DNA of 64,000 nucleotides. Origin: Macrostomum lignano (taxonomy: Eukaryota). Made by a program: the position numbers and the translations under genes. The stretch spans positions 1 to 64,000 of the forward strand of contig NIVC01001645.1 of assembly GCA_002269645.1 (NCBI GenBank), given 5' to 3'. This document shows, piece by piece, positions 46,302-59,990 of the stretch; positions within the stretch are counted from its first letter, which is position 1; each line of letters starts with the position of its first letter. The notes under the pieces are model-generated. The model did no database searches. It was not told the origin of the DNA and saw only the letters and a list, made by a program, of their open reading frames with translations.

Positions 46302-47666
46302 ATGTTCGAAGGCACTTTCCTGTACAGGCGCTATCCGCTAAACAGCAGCGTATGCGACGCCATCAAATGGAAGCTTAACCTGAGCCAGCGATACATGGAC
46401 AGCTCGTGCAATCAGAAGGACATCCGCATGTCGAGCATCTTCCTGCCCGTCAGTCTGCTCGGCCTGAGCCTCAGTCTGTTCAGCGCCGTAGTGCTCATCC
46501 GACAGCGTCAGAGAACGTCCTTCCGCACGAGCCTCATCGCCCTGTCCGCCACCATCAGCTGCTACATGCTCTTCTCCTCTCTGGACTTCATCAACGTCCT
46601 GTCCGGGGCCTGTCTCTACTGGCGGGAGCCGCGCCGACACGCCCAGGTGTTCCTAGGAGCCGCAATCTGCCTGCTGGTCGACACCATGATCTGCGTGCGC
46701 AACTGGTGCAATGTGTTCATGACGGCGCAGCGCACCGAGGCGTTGCTGTTTCCTTTGCGCGTTAAGAAACTGCTCAATAAGAGAAACTTCATCATCTGCC
46801 TGCTCACGATGCTGTTCATCTGTCTTCCTCTGGCCTTGATCCGTTCAATGGCCGAGGTCTTTGTTGTGTGCGCGGACGATGACTCGGGCGAGGTGTACGG
46901 CATTGTCGGCTATCCGCTGTCGGACGAGGAGAGCAGCTCCAGCCCGCACCTGTACAGCAGGAAGCGTCATTTCCATTTTCTACTCAACGAAGAGAGCTGG
47001 TTCAATCACTACGAGTACTATGGCTTTTTCTCTGTCCAAACCGTCGCCCCCGTGCTGCTGGTGACGACTTTCTCGCTCATCATGTCTGTTGCCATGCTGC
47101 GCCGCTGCAGCAGCTCCGGTGGCGGCGGCAGCGGTGGCGGTGGGGCTGGAACGAACGCGCAGCTGTCAGCAACCGCCAGCGCCATTGCCAACAACCGACA
47201 GAGCAAGCGCAACAAAGTCCGCGCCAGCCGCACAGTCCTCTGCCTGGCCGCCATCTTCACCGCCCTGCAGATGCCAACGTTCCTGTTCGCTCTCATGCTG
47301 ACCAGCTCCTCCCTGCCCGAGGAGTCCACGGCCGGCAAGATCTTCCAGTTTGTGGCCGAGCTCTGTCTGCTCCTGGACTCGATCCTCAACATCTTCGTCT
47401 ACGCCTACTATGTGCCAGACTTTCGCTTATGCTGCGCGCGCATCTGCGGTCGTCTAGCTGGCCGCCGTGACGGCGGCGGTGGCGGCGGCGGCGGCGGCGT
47501 CGGTGGCAGTGGAGTCGGCGCTGAGCGCGGCGGACGCTGCACTGGTGGCCGAGGCCGAGGCCGCTCCAGCGGGACAGCCGCGGCGGCGACGCTGGTGGTG
47601 CTGGAGGTCAGACAGCCGCTGCAGTCCTGCCGCTCAGCTGAAGACGACGCGGAAGAGGAGGACTGA
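46302..47666 (+). CDS. Intronless rhodopsin-class (peptide-receptor-like, orphan) GPCR, about 454 aa
   Basis: Seven hydrophobic segments and N-terminal N-glycosylation sequons (NSS, NLS) are present. The DRY-equivalent is AQRTEALLFPL, TM6 is AIFTALQMP, TM7 is DSILNIFVY, and ICL3 and the C-tail are Gly-rich. The ATG at 46302 is preferred over the TTG at 46146 used by the ORF track. Confidence 0.85.
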   Translation: MFEGTFLYRRYPLNSSVCDAIKWKLNLSQRYMDSSCNQKDIRMSSIFLPVSLLGLSLSLFSAVVLIRQRQRTSFRTSLIALSATISCYMLFSSLDFINVLSGACLYWREPRRHAQVFLGAAICLLVDTMICVRNWCNVFMTAQRTEALLFPLRVKKLLNKRNFIICLLTMLFICLPLALIRSMAEVFVVCADDDSGEVYGIVGYPLSDEESSSSPHLYSRKRHFHFLLNEESWFNHYEYYGFFSVQTVAPVLLVTTFSLIMSVAMLRRCSSSGGGGSGGGGAGTNAQLSATASAIANNRQSKRNKVRASRTVLCLAAIFTALQMPTFLFALMLTSSSLPEESTAGKIFQFVAELCLLLDSILNIFVYAYYVPDFRLCCARICGRLAGRRDGGGGGGGGGVGGSGVGAERGGRCTGGRGRGRSSGTAAAATLVVLEVRQPLQSCRSAEDDAEEED

Positions 47667-50434
47667 AGCCGATGCGCTCTGATCGGGCCGGATTTTCTGT
47701 AGCCTATAAATAACTCGCCTGGAAACTACTGGCTCTCATTGTGACAGCAATCTATCTTTTTTCGTTCTCATAATTTTCTCATCTATTTTTGGTTTCGGTT
47801 CTGCAGGCCTTGCTTCATTTCCCCTTAAATCCGCTTTGAATTGCGTTGACGTCACACGCGAACAGGTGAGGCACAGCGAACAGCTTCCAGCCACGGTCTC
47901 CGCATGCAAACCAATAATTTTACATTTTCTTTGCTTTCCCATGTCTCAACCGGCAAGCGTTAAGCTTCAGCTAAAAAAGAGAGTTGGAACTCCCACGTCA
48001 GATGTTGATAATTTATAACCACTTTATGTCACATATATACGCTCGATGTTTTACCGTAACCTGCATGCCCGTTAATCATATTGAAGTCGAGTATCATTAA
48101 GATTACAAAAACATGCAAACTCGTACTTTAGAATCGGCCGCGCAAAACAACAACTCTTATTAAAAGAAAAGTGTTCGTCACGAATTAAAAACAATTTTAT
48201 TTGGCCTGGGCTTGCCGTGCACCCTGTGTGAGCAACTTGAAGGCTTGAAGAAAGTGGCAAGTCAAAAATGTAGCACACGCTTCAGACGTTTGACGGCAAT
48301 ACATGGTTTGAGCTGGAAGATGTTGCACCCCAGCTGCCGCAATCCATGCGCTTCTGAAAATTCCGACAGTAAGTGTTCTCGAACCACAAATCTCGAACAT
48401 ATTGAGCTTAATTACTTGGCCTAAGCGATCTGCCGAGCTCAGTTGCGTTCCGCGATGCAATTCTCTGGAGGCTGCATGGCCTTACTAATTCACAATCAAA
48501 GTAGCAGAACAGCCAGTTTTAATTGCGTCGTTATGCCAGTTCTTTTGTTTCTGGGGCATTATGCTTACAACCCAAGATTACTTTTGGCCAAAAATTCCCT
48601 AAGCGCCGTTTTGTCGATGCGCAGCTTCCCAAAATCATTAACCGCAGTCTGTACGCCCCTCAACCTGATGAGGAACAAAGATATCACAACTGGGTCCAGC
48701 CAGAAGCGGTGTTTAGCAGTGGAGAGTGCAAAACCACCGCCATCATCCGCTATCAAAGCTTCGTTGCCGTTGTTGATGTTGGGGAGACCTTTTGTAAGAG
48801 CGACTGTGGGTACGTGTGGCGCAAAGTTTACACGATTGCTGCCTTCAGCAGGACACAAGCAAACGATAATAAGATCAACAACCACATTGAATGCTCTCCG
48901 AGTTCTAATGAGAATTCTGAGCTCGGCAGCCCCAGGACAGTGATCTGCAATTATGGCTGAACATGGCATCGAGGACGCTACACTGCCAGTGTGTGGCATG
49001 GCAACGCTTGATAGCTGATAATAGGTGATTAGTCCCATAGTTGAATCCGATACAAGTAAAGAGGCCGACTCAATCTGCCACCGCTTCCATTTGAGAACCT
49101 TAATTTCTAATGAAATCCCCGTATATCCACATACATGTATATCCCCTCGGCAGTATGGTCAACGAAGGCTTTTCTTTTCTCTTTCAGATCAGAATAACAA
49201 ATTTTTAGCATTGGCTCTGCTCTTTGACTTGCCGCTTCCAAAATGCGTAGAAAGCATTCAAAGCCACAGTTTTCGGTGACGCACTGCACACTGATCATTC
49301 AGTCATGTCATACGCCTGCGACTTTCCCCAGCCAACAGTGCAGGAAAGTATCGGGGCAAGTTGATTCAGACTTTAATGCCTCATAACGCTCCCAGCGCAC
49401 GAGGCAGTGTTGATACAAGCTGTTACAGGCGAGTCAAACGTGGAACAAGAAGACGCGCTGCGCTTTGAGAGTTCGCGACAACCCCGTCTCGCTCGGCTGG
49501 CAAAGAGACTGGGGATGGGGAAACGCAGCCAAAAGTGGATACAAATTTGAGGCGACGCGTACGATCAGAAGCACAGCCTCGCTTCCTCATCCCCGCAAGC
49601 AGCTTTTCTTTGCCTCAGCAAACGCAGAATTCAATCTTGGCTCGGATGCGCACAGGCAAGAGACTGCAACGAAGGCGGGCACTACAAAGTAACCGGAAAC
49701 TGGGGATCTGGTTTTGGAATTAGTCGAAAAGATTCATCCCCGAAATATGCTCCGGGCAAGCATTGAAAGATGGACAGACCGGGAAGCAATCAATCTTCTG
49801 TGACGTTGGCAGGCCCCGACCAATTAATAGTAAGGCACAAATGCATGGCCACTGGATTAACAACTTTTTGGGGGGGCGGCCTTATGCTGCAAAAAGTCAA
49901 GCCTGCAGTCTGCCCAGAAAAAATTCTCATTTCATAGCGCAGATCGACAGACTTCAAAATTAATAATTGTTTTTAATTGCCGGCTCTCTTTGTAATTACA
50001 AGCGTAAAAGAAGATAATTTTGTTGCAGGCGGGCAGCAGAAGCAATGTTTTGACAATGTTGCTGCATCAAACGTGCCCCTCTTCCCCTGTCCAGCAGGCT
50101 TCATCATCTGCCACCCACCCTGCAGACTCCGAAGGCTGCGCAGAACTCGATGCGAAGCGATGAGAGGAAAGAGGTGGATTGCTGGGAGCTTCTAAATCTT
50201 CGTGTTTTTCTGCCATCCGACGACAGCCGCAAAAAACCGCGCTGGTCAAAGCCGGCCTGCTTTTTAGGGGGAGGTGGCTGATCCTTCAAATCTCCTGGGC
50301 GAGCTGGGCGAGGCCCCCACAAATTGGATCAGAATTACGCGTAGCGGCCAGTTTTTAATTCGTTTTCATGCGCTTTTGCCGGCAGCACGAGTGGCCTCTG
50401 CATCAAATTTTATAAACTGGCGGTGCGGCCTGTC

Positions 50435-50474
50435 AGATAGATAGATAGATAAATAGATAGATAGATAGATAGAC

Positions 50475-50554
<80 letters not shown>

Positions 50555-50555
50555 G

Positions 50556-50638
<83 letters not shown>

Positions 50639-50639
50639 G

Positions 50640-50694
<55 letters not shown>

Positions 50695-50720
50695 TGATTG
50701 ATTGATGGATTGATTGATTG
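50435..50720. repeat. (GATA)n microsatellite ending in (GATT)n
   Basis: Read directly from the sequence. Confidence 0.96.
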
Positions 50721-51339
50721 ATACAAACTTACTTTTTTACTACAACGTTGGAGGTGTCCCTACAGAATCCCCCTTATCAACCGAGAAAGTGTGTCCAAGT
50801 CAAACCCGCAGCTGCCCTGTGGAATGTCAATGGCCGGCAGCAAATATTCGCATAGCCTCAGGTAGCAGGCAGTTCATGTCTGTTCAACAGCACCCTTGAA
50901 ATGGGGCAGTCCATGTCTTCCAATGCAAATGAAGTAAATAGACAGCGGCGAGGCACTGCAGCATGCAGCTCTGGCCTGGAGATTAAGAGCCAAATTGGGA
51001 GGCTAAACTGAAAGAAACGAGGCGGCGGGCCCCCGGTCAGCCTGGCAGGCGCCCAGTTGTCGGAGAAATCTAGCAATAAATTTTCAGCCCACACTCGTGC
51101 TTGAAAAGATTGCTAATACCGATTAGTGATCGATTGATTCCTTGGCATATCCGGGACACCCGACGGAGCTCAAGGTAGCCAGCGGTTGTTAATTTGGGCA
51201 GAAGCCGGATGAGAAAAGCGAAGTCCAAGGATACATTATGGACTTTCGGATCTGGATTGAAACCAACTGAGGCAAATGAGTAGTTTCACAATCCCCAGAC
51301 TTAATTTATCCCCGATTTACATTTTCACCACTTTTAAAC

Positions 51340-52240
51340 CTTCAAGCTTCACAATCCCCAAGCTTCACAATCCCCAAGCTTCACAACCCCCAAGCTTCAC
51401 AATCCCCAAGCTTCACAATCCCCAAGCTTCACAATCCCCAAGATTCACAATCCCCAAGCTTCACAATCCCCAAGCTTCACAATCCCCAAGCTTCACAATC
51501 CCCAAGCTTCACAATCCCCAAGCTTCACAATCCCAAAGATTGACATTCCGCAAGCTTCACAATCACCAAGCTTCACAATCCCCAAGCTTCACAATCCCCA
51601 AGCTTCACAATCCCCAAGCTTCACAATCCCCAAGCTTCACAATCCCCAAGCTTCACAATCCCCAAGCTTCACAATCCCGAAATTCACAATCCCGAAACTT
51701 CACAATCCCCAAGCTTCACCATCCCCAAGCTTCACAATTCCAAAGCTTCACAATCCCGAAATTCACAATCCCGAAACTTCACAATCCCCAAGCTTCACAA
51801 TCCCCAAGCTTCACAATCCCCAAGCTTCACAATCCCCAAGCTTCACAATTCCAAAGCTTCACAATCCCGAAATTCACAATCCCGAAACTTCACAATCCCC
51901 AAGCTTCACAATCCCCAAGCTTCACAATCCCCAAGCTTCACAATCCCCAAGCTTCACAATCCCCAAGCTTCACAATCCCCAAGCTTCACAATCCCCAAGC
52001 TTCACAATCCCCAAGCTTCACAATCCCCAAGCTTCACAATCCCCAAGCTTCACAATCCCCAAGCTTCACAATCCCCAAGCTTCACAATCCCCAAGCTTCA
52101 CAATCCCCAAGCTTCACAATCCCCAAGCTTCACAATCCCGAAATTCACAATCCCGAAGCTTCACAATCCCCAAGCTTCACAATCCCCAAGCTTCACAATC
52201 CCCAAGCTTCACAATCCCCAAGCTACACAATCCCCAAGCT
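51340..52240. repeat. 16-bp minisatellite (AAGCTTCACAATCCCC)n, about 55 copies
   Basis: Read directly; it is the source of the 390-aa ORF at 51276. Confidence 0.96.
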
Positions 52241-52929
52241 TTACAAACTCAAAGTTTTCCGATCATATAATAGTCACAACCTTCAAATAAATTTTAAGCA
52301 GGTTTTACTAGATTTAAAAAGGATTTTTGGCAGTCAGTTTGGACACATTTCTGCAGAGGAAAATGCACTGAATTATTACCTATTGAAGGAATTGGAAAAG
52401 GACGCTTTAAGCAAGATACCTGGAACAGAAACCTGGCTACATCTATAAAAATTTTTGCAACCTCGAGGCCAGTAAAACTACATTTGCCCGCAGCAGGACT
52501 GCAGGAAACTGTGCAATGTAAAAAAGTTTTCTACGTCCAAGAAAAGCAGATAAGAAAACATTTTGTCCAGTTAATTTCAGAAAAGTTAAGCAACTTTTGA
52601 AAAAAACGGGAAGGAAATGGAAAGGAAACCTGGATGTGAAAGCCAAAAGAAAAACCTGCTTTATGAGGTAAAATAATACTTCAAAAGTGGGTTGCTTTGG
52701 AAAGGAGTGCGGGCTTATTGAAGCGAAGTGCTTCGGTTTTGAAGCTGCAAGCAGCAAGATAGGATTTCCAGCCGAGTGAGCCGCGTAATCTGGAAATTCC
52801 TGCCTGCCGAGCAGGGTGTTTTGGATTTTGGTTGAAAACTGAAACTGCCGGGTGAGGCTGCTTGAGTAGCAGTGGATGAGATGACTTATCTAGTGTGCTT
52901 ATCTGTTTCTACATGGCTATAATGGCTCC

Positions 52930-54085
52930 TTTGTAGCCTACGAATCAGCTGTAATGTAGCCTATACATTGGCTGTAATGTAGCCTACGAATCAGCTGTAA
53001 TGTAGCCTATACATTGGCTGTAATGTAGCCTATGAATTGGCTGTAATGTAGCCTATGAATCAGCTGTAATGTAGCCTATGAATTGGCTGTAATGTAGCCT
53101 ATGAATCAGCTGTAATGTAGCCTATGAATCAGCTGTAATGTAGCCTATGAATCAGCTGTAATGTAGCCTACGAATCAGCTGTAATGTAGCCTATACATTG
53201 GCTGTAATGTAGCCTATGAATCAGCTGTAATGTAGCCTATGAATCAGCTGTAATGTAGCCTATGAATCAGCTGTAATGTAGCCTATGAATCAGCTGTAAT
53301 GTAGCCTATGAATCAGCTGTAATGTAGCCTATGAATCAGCTGTAATGTAGCCTACGAATCAGCTGTAATGTAGCCTATACATTGGCTGTAATGTAGCCTA
53401 TGAATCAGCTGTAATGTAGCCTATACATTGGCTGTAATGTAGCCTATGAATCAGCTGTAATGTAGCCTATGAATCAGCTGTAATGTAGCCTATGAATCAG
53501 CTGTAATGTAGCCTATACATTGGCTGTAATGTAGCCTATGAATCAGCTGTAATGTAGCCTATACATTGGCTGTAATGTAGCCTATGAATCAGCTGTAATG
53601 TAGCCTATGAATCAGCTGTAATGTAGCCTATACATTGGCTGTAATGTAGCCTATACATTGGCTGTAATGTAGCCTATACATTGGCTGTAATGTAGCCTAT
53701 ACATTGGCTGTAATGTAGCCTATGAATCAGCTGTAATGTAACCTATGAATCAGCTGTAATGTAACCTATACATTGGCTGTAATGTAGCCTACGAATCAGC
53801 TGTAATGTAGCCTATGAATCAGCTGTAATGTAGCCTATGAATCAGCTGTAATGTAGCCTATACATTGGCTGTAATGTAGCCTACGAATCAGCTGTAATGT
53901 AGCCTATGAATCAGCTGTAATGTAGCCTATGAATCAGCTGTAATGTAGCCTACGAATCAGCTGTAATGTAGCCTATGAATCAGCTGTAATGTAGCCTATG
54001 AATCAGCTGTAATGTAGCCTACGAATCAGCTGTAATGTAGCCTACGAATCAGCTGTAATGTAACCTATGAATCAGCTGTAATGTT
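52930..54085. repeat. 23-bp minisatellite (GCTGTAATGTAGCCTA-TGAATCA/TACATTG)n, about 50 copies of two interspersed variants
   Basis: Read directly from the sequence. Confidence 0.96.
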
Positions 54086-55475
54086 GAAAAAAAGTACAGT
54101 TTATGCAGTGCATTGACTTCTCAGAGCCCGCAGCAACCAAACAGTCAAAGTGGGTCTCTATTCGACACAAATAGCTTTTGTTAGCGACTTCATGCTACTC
54201 TACAGAAATCTGAATTGCCTTTCTACAAAGCACTCGACTTTCGTAAGTGACAGCCTGCGTGATTTGAAACCGGCGACATCCTGCAGAGGTCAATAGGCCG
54301 TTCATTCTACCCATTCTTATCAGCTGCAGGCATGCAGACAGACTGATCGATAGGTTAGCTGATTGATCGATTTCAATTCCACCAATCCAGCCAAAGATCC
54401 GATCCAGGAACTTGAAAAGGTAAGAAACGGAATTGAATGAGCGAGAGGTAAAGTCAAGAGTTAAATTCGATCGCTAGTGAAATTTTTCATGCTTTTAGAA
54501 GTACAACGCAGCCATCCAAATCTTTGGAGAACGGTCAGCGAAGGGAAGAGTGCATTGGCAAGCTAAAAAGTCTGAAATTCAGATAGCTAGGCTCTTTGAG
54601 GCCTGCGAGAGCCGCACTGCGGCACTAAAAAGAAATTCCACATTCCTTTTCGAGATGGCTTTTAAGAGAACCGACGACTCAAGAGGGAGAGATGAAGGCG
54701 ATGAGGCGTCACTATTAGGAGTGGAAGAGCAGAAGAAGAGCACTCGAGTGGGGGTGTCTTCATCAGTCTTGCGGCTTCTTCTGCAGTCTCTCTGGGGCGG
54801 GACGGTAAGACACAGATATCCTCTGTTTTTTTTTAAAGCAGGGAGAGATTGCTTCTTGCTCAGATTACGTCTGCGATATCTTGCTCACCCTCACCCCACT
54901 ATTCTCGTTCGACTCCCCGAGGCTTGAATACGGCTCCTTATCTAGCAGGCTCATCTGACAGATTTAAATCATCTAGCTATTGGAAACAGCAACCGAGTGT
55001 TTATCTCGTTGTTTTTTCACCCGTATTTTGAGAATCATTTTTATTGGTAGTTTTTTATTGGTAGCATCGATGCGGGACTGTAATGGATTTGGGGGCATTC
55101 CAAATTAGTTCACGAAACGTGAGCTGCGAGGCTCTTCTTTTAGTTGCTGAAGCAGCGCTGAGCATCCCGCCCACCCTCGCAAGGCTCTTGAGCCGCTGAA
55201 GCTTCTCTCCTGCAAACTCGCGCCCCAGCACTTCAAAGCCCAATTTGGTGCGATGAAGGTGAAGCACGGAGTTCTTCTTCCTTGGATGGATTGGGAGAGG
55301 CTTGCTTGAAGAGCAGACAACGGCCTGGCAGATTGATTGACCATTGATTGATGCTGCAGTCTTGCACCCTCTGGCTCACCCACACTCCATTCTCTTTAAA
55401 GTTGACGAAGCAGAATTATTAATTTCAACTTCAGCTCAACTTCTTGTCCTGATTAGTAACTATGGATTTACAACT

Positions 55476-55695
55476 TCTATTCTATTCTATTCTATTCTAT
55501 TCTATTCTATTCTATTCTATTCTATTCTATTCTATTCTATTCTATTCTATTCTATTCTATTCTATTCTATTCTATTCTATTCTATTCTATTCTATTCTAT
55601 TCTATTCTATTCTATTCTATTCTATTCTATTCTATTCTATTCTATTCTATTCTATTCTATTCTATTCTATTCTATTCTATTCTATTCTATTCTTT
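55476..55695. repeat. (TTCTA)n microsatellite
   Basis: Read directly from the sequence. Confidence 0.96.
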
Positions 55696-55926
55696 ATGAG
55701 CCTTTCTTCCATTAAATTTCAATGCTTTTTAGATATTCACTTTACGGAGAAAGAAAAAACTCTAACTTTAATACTACTTTTAGTAGAGGGCACAAAAATA
55801 ATTTGGAAATTTTTCCTCAAATAAAATATATCCGTCGGAGGGAATACTGATGGGGAATAGGGGATGAGAAACTGTCGGGGTAGGCCTCAGATAATTTTGG
55901 CAAACTTTCACTTCATATCTTGGGGA

Positions 55927-56548
<622 letters not shown>

Positions 56549-57384
56549 GGTAATTAAGTATAACCAAGAAACATTTCTGTGTAAATCGTATTGCATAAAG
56601 AATTCGCCAAAGCATAATATGTTTCGGAAACGTCACTCAAGAATTCTACTGCCACTTTTTTGAACATCGCATTATCCGGATGTCCAAACTACCCAAGCAG
56701 GGGCCCGCATACGCATAGCATGCAATTTGAACACCCGATAGTTCCGTTTATGCAGTCTACACAGCAAATGTCTATGGCTCACATTGGGACCCTGCAATTA
56801 TAGCTCTAGAGTCTCACGCTGGGCTCAAGCGCGCCATCCTGTTATGCGCGCCCCTATTTTAATAATAATAAGAGATCTGCGTCACGCAAAGTTTCATAGC
56901 GATTTGAAAACGGGGGGGCCGCTCAGGCACCAGCTGCTCTGCATTCAGTCTATTGAAATCTATATTTCAGCCAACGCTGAGCTTTCGTGTAGCTCAGAAA
57001 TTTGATTATTGCTGTCCAAGCAGACCGGCGCCGCTGGCTCGGGAATTGCTGTTTCTTCAAAACAGAAATTTCTATTATGAAACTTGCAGTGGATAAAAGC
57101 CAGGTGTTAAGACGGTTTAATCAAAGAGGCCGTCGTTTGGAGCTTCTATAGGAGAAATGCTTTTCCTTCCCGTTTATTTTTGTCGACTTTCAGTTTTTCG
57201 CGAGATTTCAGGTCACGCAAACTGGGCGACAAAATGCGGCTATTGATAAACTTCCGTGAGGTCAGGTCATTGTACTCATGATATAACACTGCGAAAGTGA
57301 AGGTTGCTTTTCAATTTCATGTTTTGAACAAATTCTAAACCGAATATAAAATTGTTGTCTTGCTTTTAAAGTTGTTACCAGAAC

Positions 57385-58465
57385 TGCACCCAGTTATGCT
57401 ACTGCACCTGTGCAGACCTGATCCCAGTTATGCTATTGCACCTGTGCAGACCTGATCCCAGTTATGCTACTGCACCTGTGCAGACCTGATCCCAGTTATG
57501 CTACTGCACCTGTGCAGACCTGATCCCAGTTATGCTACTGCACCTGTGCAGACCTGATCCCAGTTATGCTATTGCACCTGTGCAGACCTGATCCCAGTTA
57601 TGCTACTGCACCTGTGCAGACCTGATCCCAGTTATGCTACTGCACCTGTGCAGACCTGATCCCAGTTATGCTACTGCACCTGTGCAGACCTGATCCCAGT
57701 TATGCTACTGCACCTGTGCAGACCTGATCCCAGTTATGCTACTGCACCTGTGCAGACCTGATCCCAGTTATGCTATTGCACCTGTGCAGACCTGATCCCA
57801 GTTATGCTATTGCACCTGTGCAGACCTGATCCCAGTTATGCTACTGCACCTGTGCAGACCTGATCCCAGTTATGCTACTGCACCTGTGCAGACCTGATCC
57901 CAGTTATGCTATTGCACCTGTGCAGACCTGATCCCAGTTATGCTATTGCACCTGTGCAGACCTGATCCCAGTTATGCTACTGCACCTGTGCAGACCTGAT
58001 CCCAGTTATGCTACTGCACCTGTGCAGACCTGATCCCAGTTATGCTACTGCACCTGTGCAGACCTGATCCCAGTTATGCTACTGCACCTGTGCAGACCTG
58101 ATCCCAGTTATGCTACTGCACCTGTGCAGACCTGATCCCAGTTATGCTACTGCACCTGTGCAGACCTGATCCCAGTTATGCTACTGCACCTGTGCAGACC
58201 TGATCCCAGTTATGCTACTGCACCTGTGCAGACCTGATCCCAGTTATGCTACTGCACCTGTGCAGACCTGATCCCAGTTATGCTACTGCACCTGTGCAGA
58301 CCTGATCCCAGTTATGCTACTGCACCTGTGCAGACCTGATCCCAGTTATGCTACTGCACCTGTGCAGACCTGATCCCAGTTATGCTACTGCACCTGTGCA
58401 GACCTGATCCCAGTTATGCTATTGCACCTGTGCCGACCTGATCCCAGTTATGCTATTGCACCTGT
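57385..58465. repeat. 34-bp minisatellite (CCCAGTTATGCTAYTGCACCTGTGCAGACCTGAT)n, about 31 copies
   Basis: Read directly; the units abut with no spacers. Confidence 0.96.
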
Positions 58466-59845
58466 TTTTGTTGTTGTTGTTGTTGTCAACCGGGGATCCT
58501 CCTATTGCACCTGTGCAGAGGATAATAGCATAACAGCAGCACGGGTTTTGGGCAGCTAAGTTCAATCAAGCTTCATCTGCAGATTTTCTCAGCAACGCGC
58601 AGAGGCTCCTCCTCAAAGCAACAGTTTCTCCCGTCTTTCTTCAAGCCTGCCCTGCCCGCCTCCCGTCCTTCCATGACTGATCGGTTGCTTCTGCCCCAAT
58701 CTTTTCCGCAGCAATTAAGTTCTCCAATTGCGACACCCGTAGAACCGCGCAACCCGCTGGGCCGGCGGCCCAGACCCGCTGCGAATCGGAGAAGCCCCGG
58801 CAAAGCCTTTTTCCCTGCTTATTTTTCCCTCCATCGCGTCGCTAATCGAATGACTCACACAAGCCTTTTTCGTCGAGAGATCTTTCGCGAATTTTAGACC
58901 GGGCTGGCTCAGTAATTGCCCTCACACCTGCTTTATACCTATCTTCATCTGCTTTCATTTAGCACCTGCAGTCGGGCATCAGGTGGTTTTGAAACGAAGA
59001 CCGTTGCAGAAGATGCCGTTTATTCTGCCAAACTTCCAGGATGGGACAGGGACTGTCAGCCAAAGACTGTCCAGACCAAATTGGGAATTATAATTGCTGT
59101 CAATATTGTGTTTTTCGCGTTTTCCGAAGCAGTCGGCAGTCATCCCTTTGACGTCATGATTAACACCTCAAACGGGAGCGAGGTTTCTGTACATTCACGT
59201 GGCAATGCGGGACCGAGAAAGTCTTCCGTCTGGCAGACAGCCCCTGCTCTGCTTTTCTTTGATCTTTCCTTTCTTTGAGCAAACAAGTTCGACCAGAAAA
59301 GGCCGAATTGAGAAGCCACCTCGCTTTGGCCAGTTGTGGAACTCCGCTGCCGAAAGGCGATCGTTAGACAGACCATTGTGAGTTCTCAGGCCCTCCACTA
59401 TGCCGATAATCATATTTGAGCTCGGCAAGTTGCGGCTCGAGCCTGGCTCAGAAATAATCCATTTCATCCATTCAGCGGTCACAATGCCGCTCTGTTTGCT
59501 GATTTGATTGCCGGACACGCTGGCCCTCGCATCCGCGACCGCCACTTCCTTTGCCAGCTCGCGCTAAGAGAGTTTCCGTCATCGAGTCCAGCTAGCTGGC
59601 CGAGATCTCGCCGCCTCCAAGCCAGAAATAATCCAGTTTTGCCCTGGCGACCCCGGGAGCAGAGTGTGAGGCTCCATCGATGCCATCAGCTTCCACTCGT
59701 CCGCCCCATCAGAGGCAATCGATGCTTGACGGGTGGGGTGGGTGTCGGCACGGGGTGCGGACTAGGTCGTTAAATATAATAACGCGGAGAAGAAATGAAT
59801 TGGCGCCAATTTGTGAGGCTGTTTGTCTATTGAAGTGTCAACTCC

Positions 59846-59990
59846 GTCACGTGACTTCCCCGAAAGTACGCGAGCACCGCAAGCAGTGTACAGCTAGCTA
59901 GCTGCTCCATCACGTGACTCTCCAGAATGTACGCGACCCTTGCAAGCAGTGTACAGCTAGCTAGACAAACTTTTGCGTCACGTGACTTCC
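59846..59990. promoter_or_regulatory. Three TCACGTGAC E-boxes in a diverged 63-68-bp tandem duplication
   Basis: GTCACGTGAC at 59846, ATCACGTGAC at 59909 and GTCACGTGAC at 59977. The first two units share GTACGCGA...GCAAGCAGTGTACAGCTAGCTAG. Confidence 0.5.

Noticed and set aside
57385-58465. CRISPR-like appearance of the 23-34-bp repeats here and at 10266, 33170 and 52930
   Set aside because: The units are directly adjacent with no unique spacers, there are no cas genes, and the context is eukaryotic.
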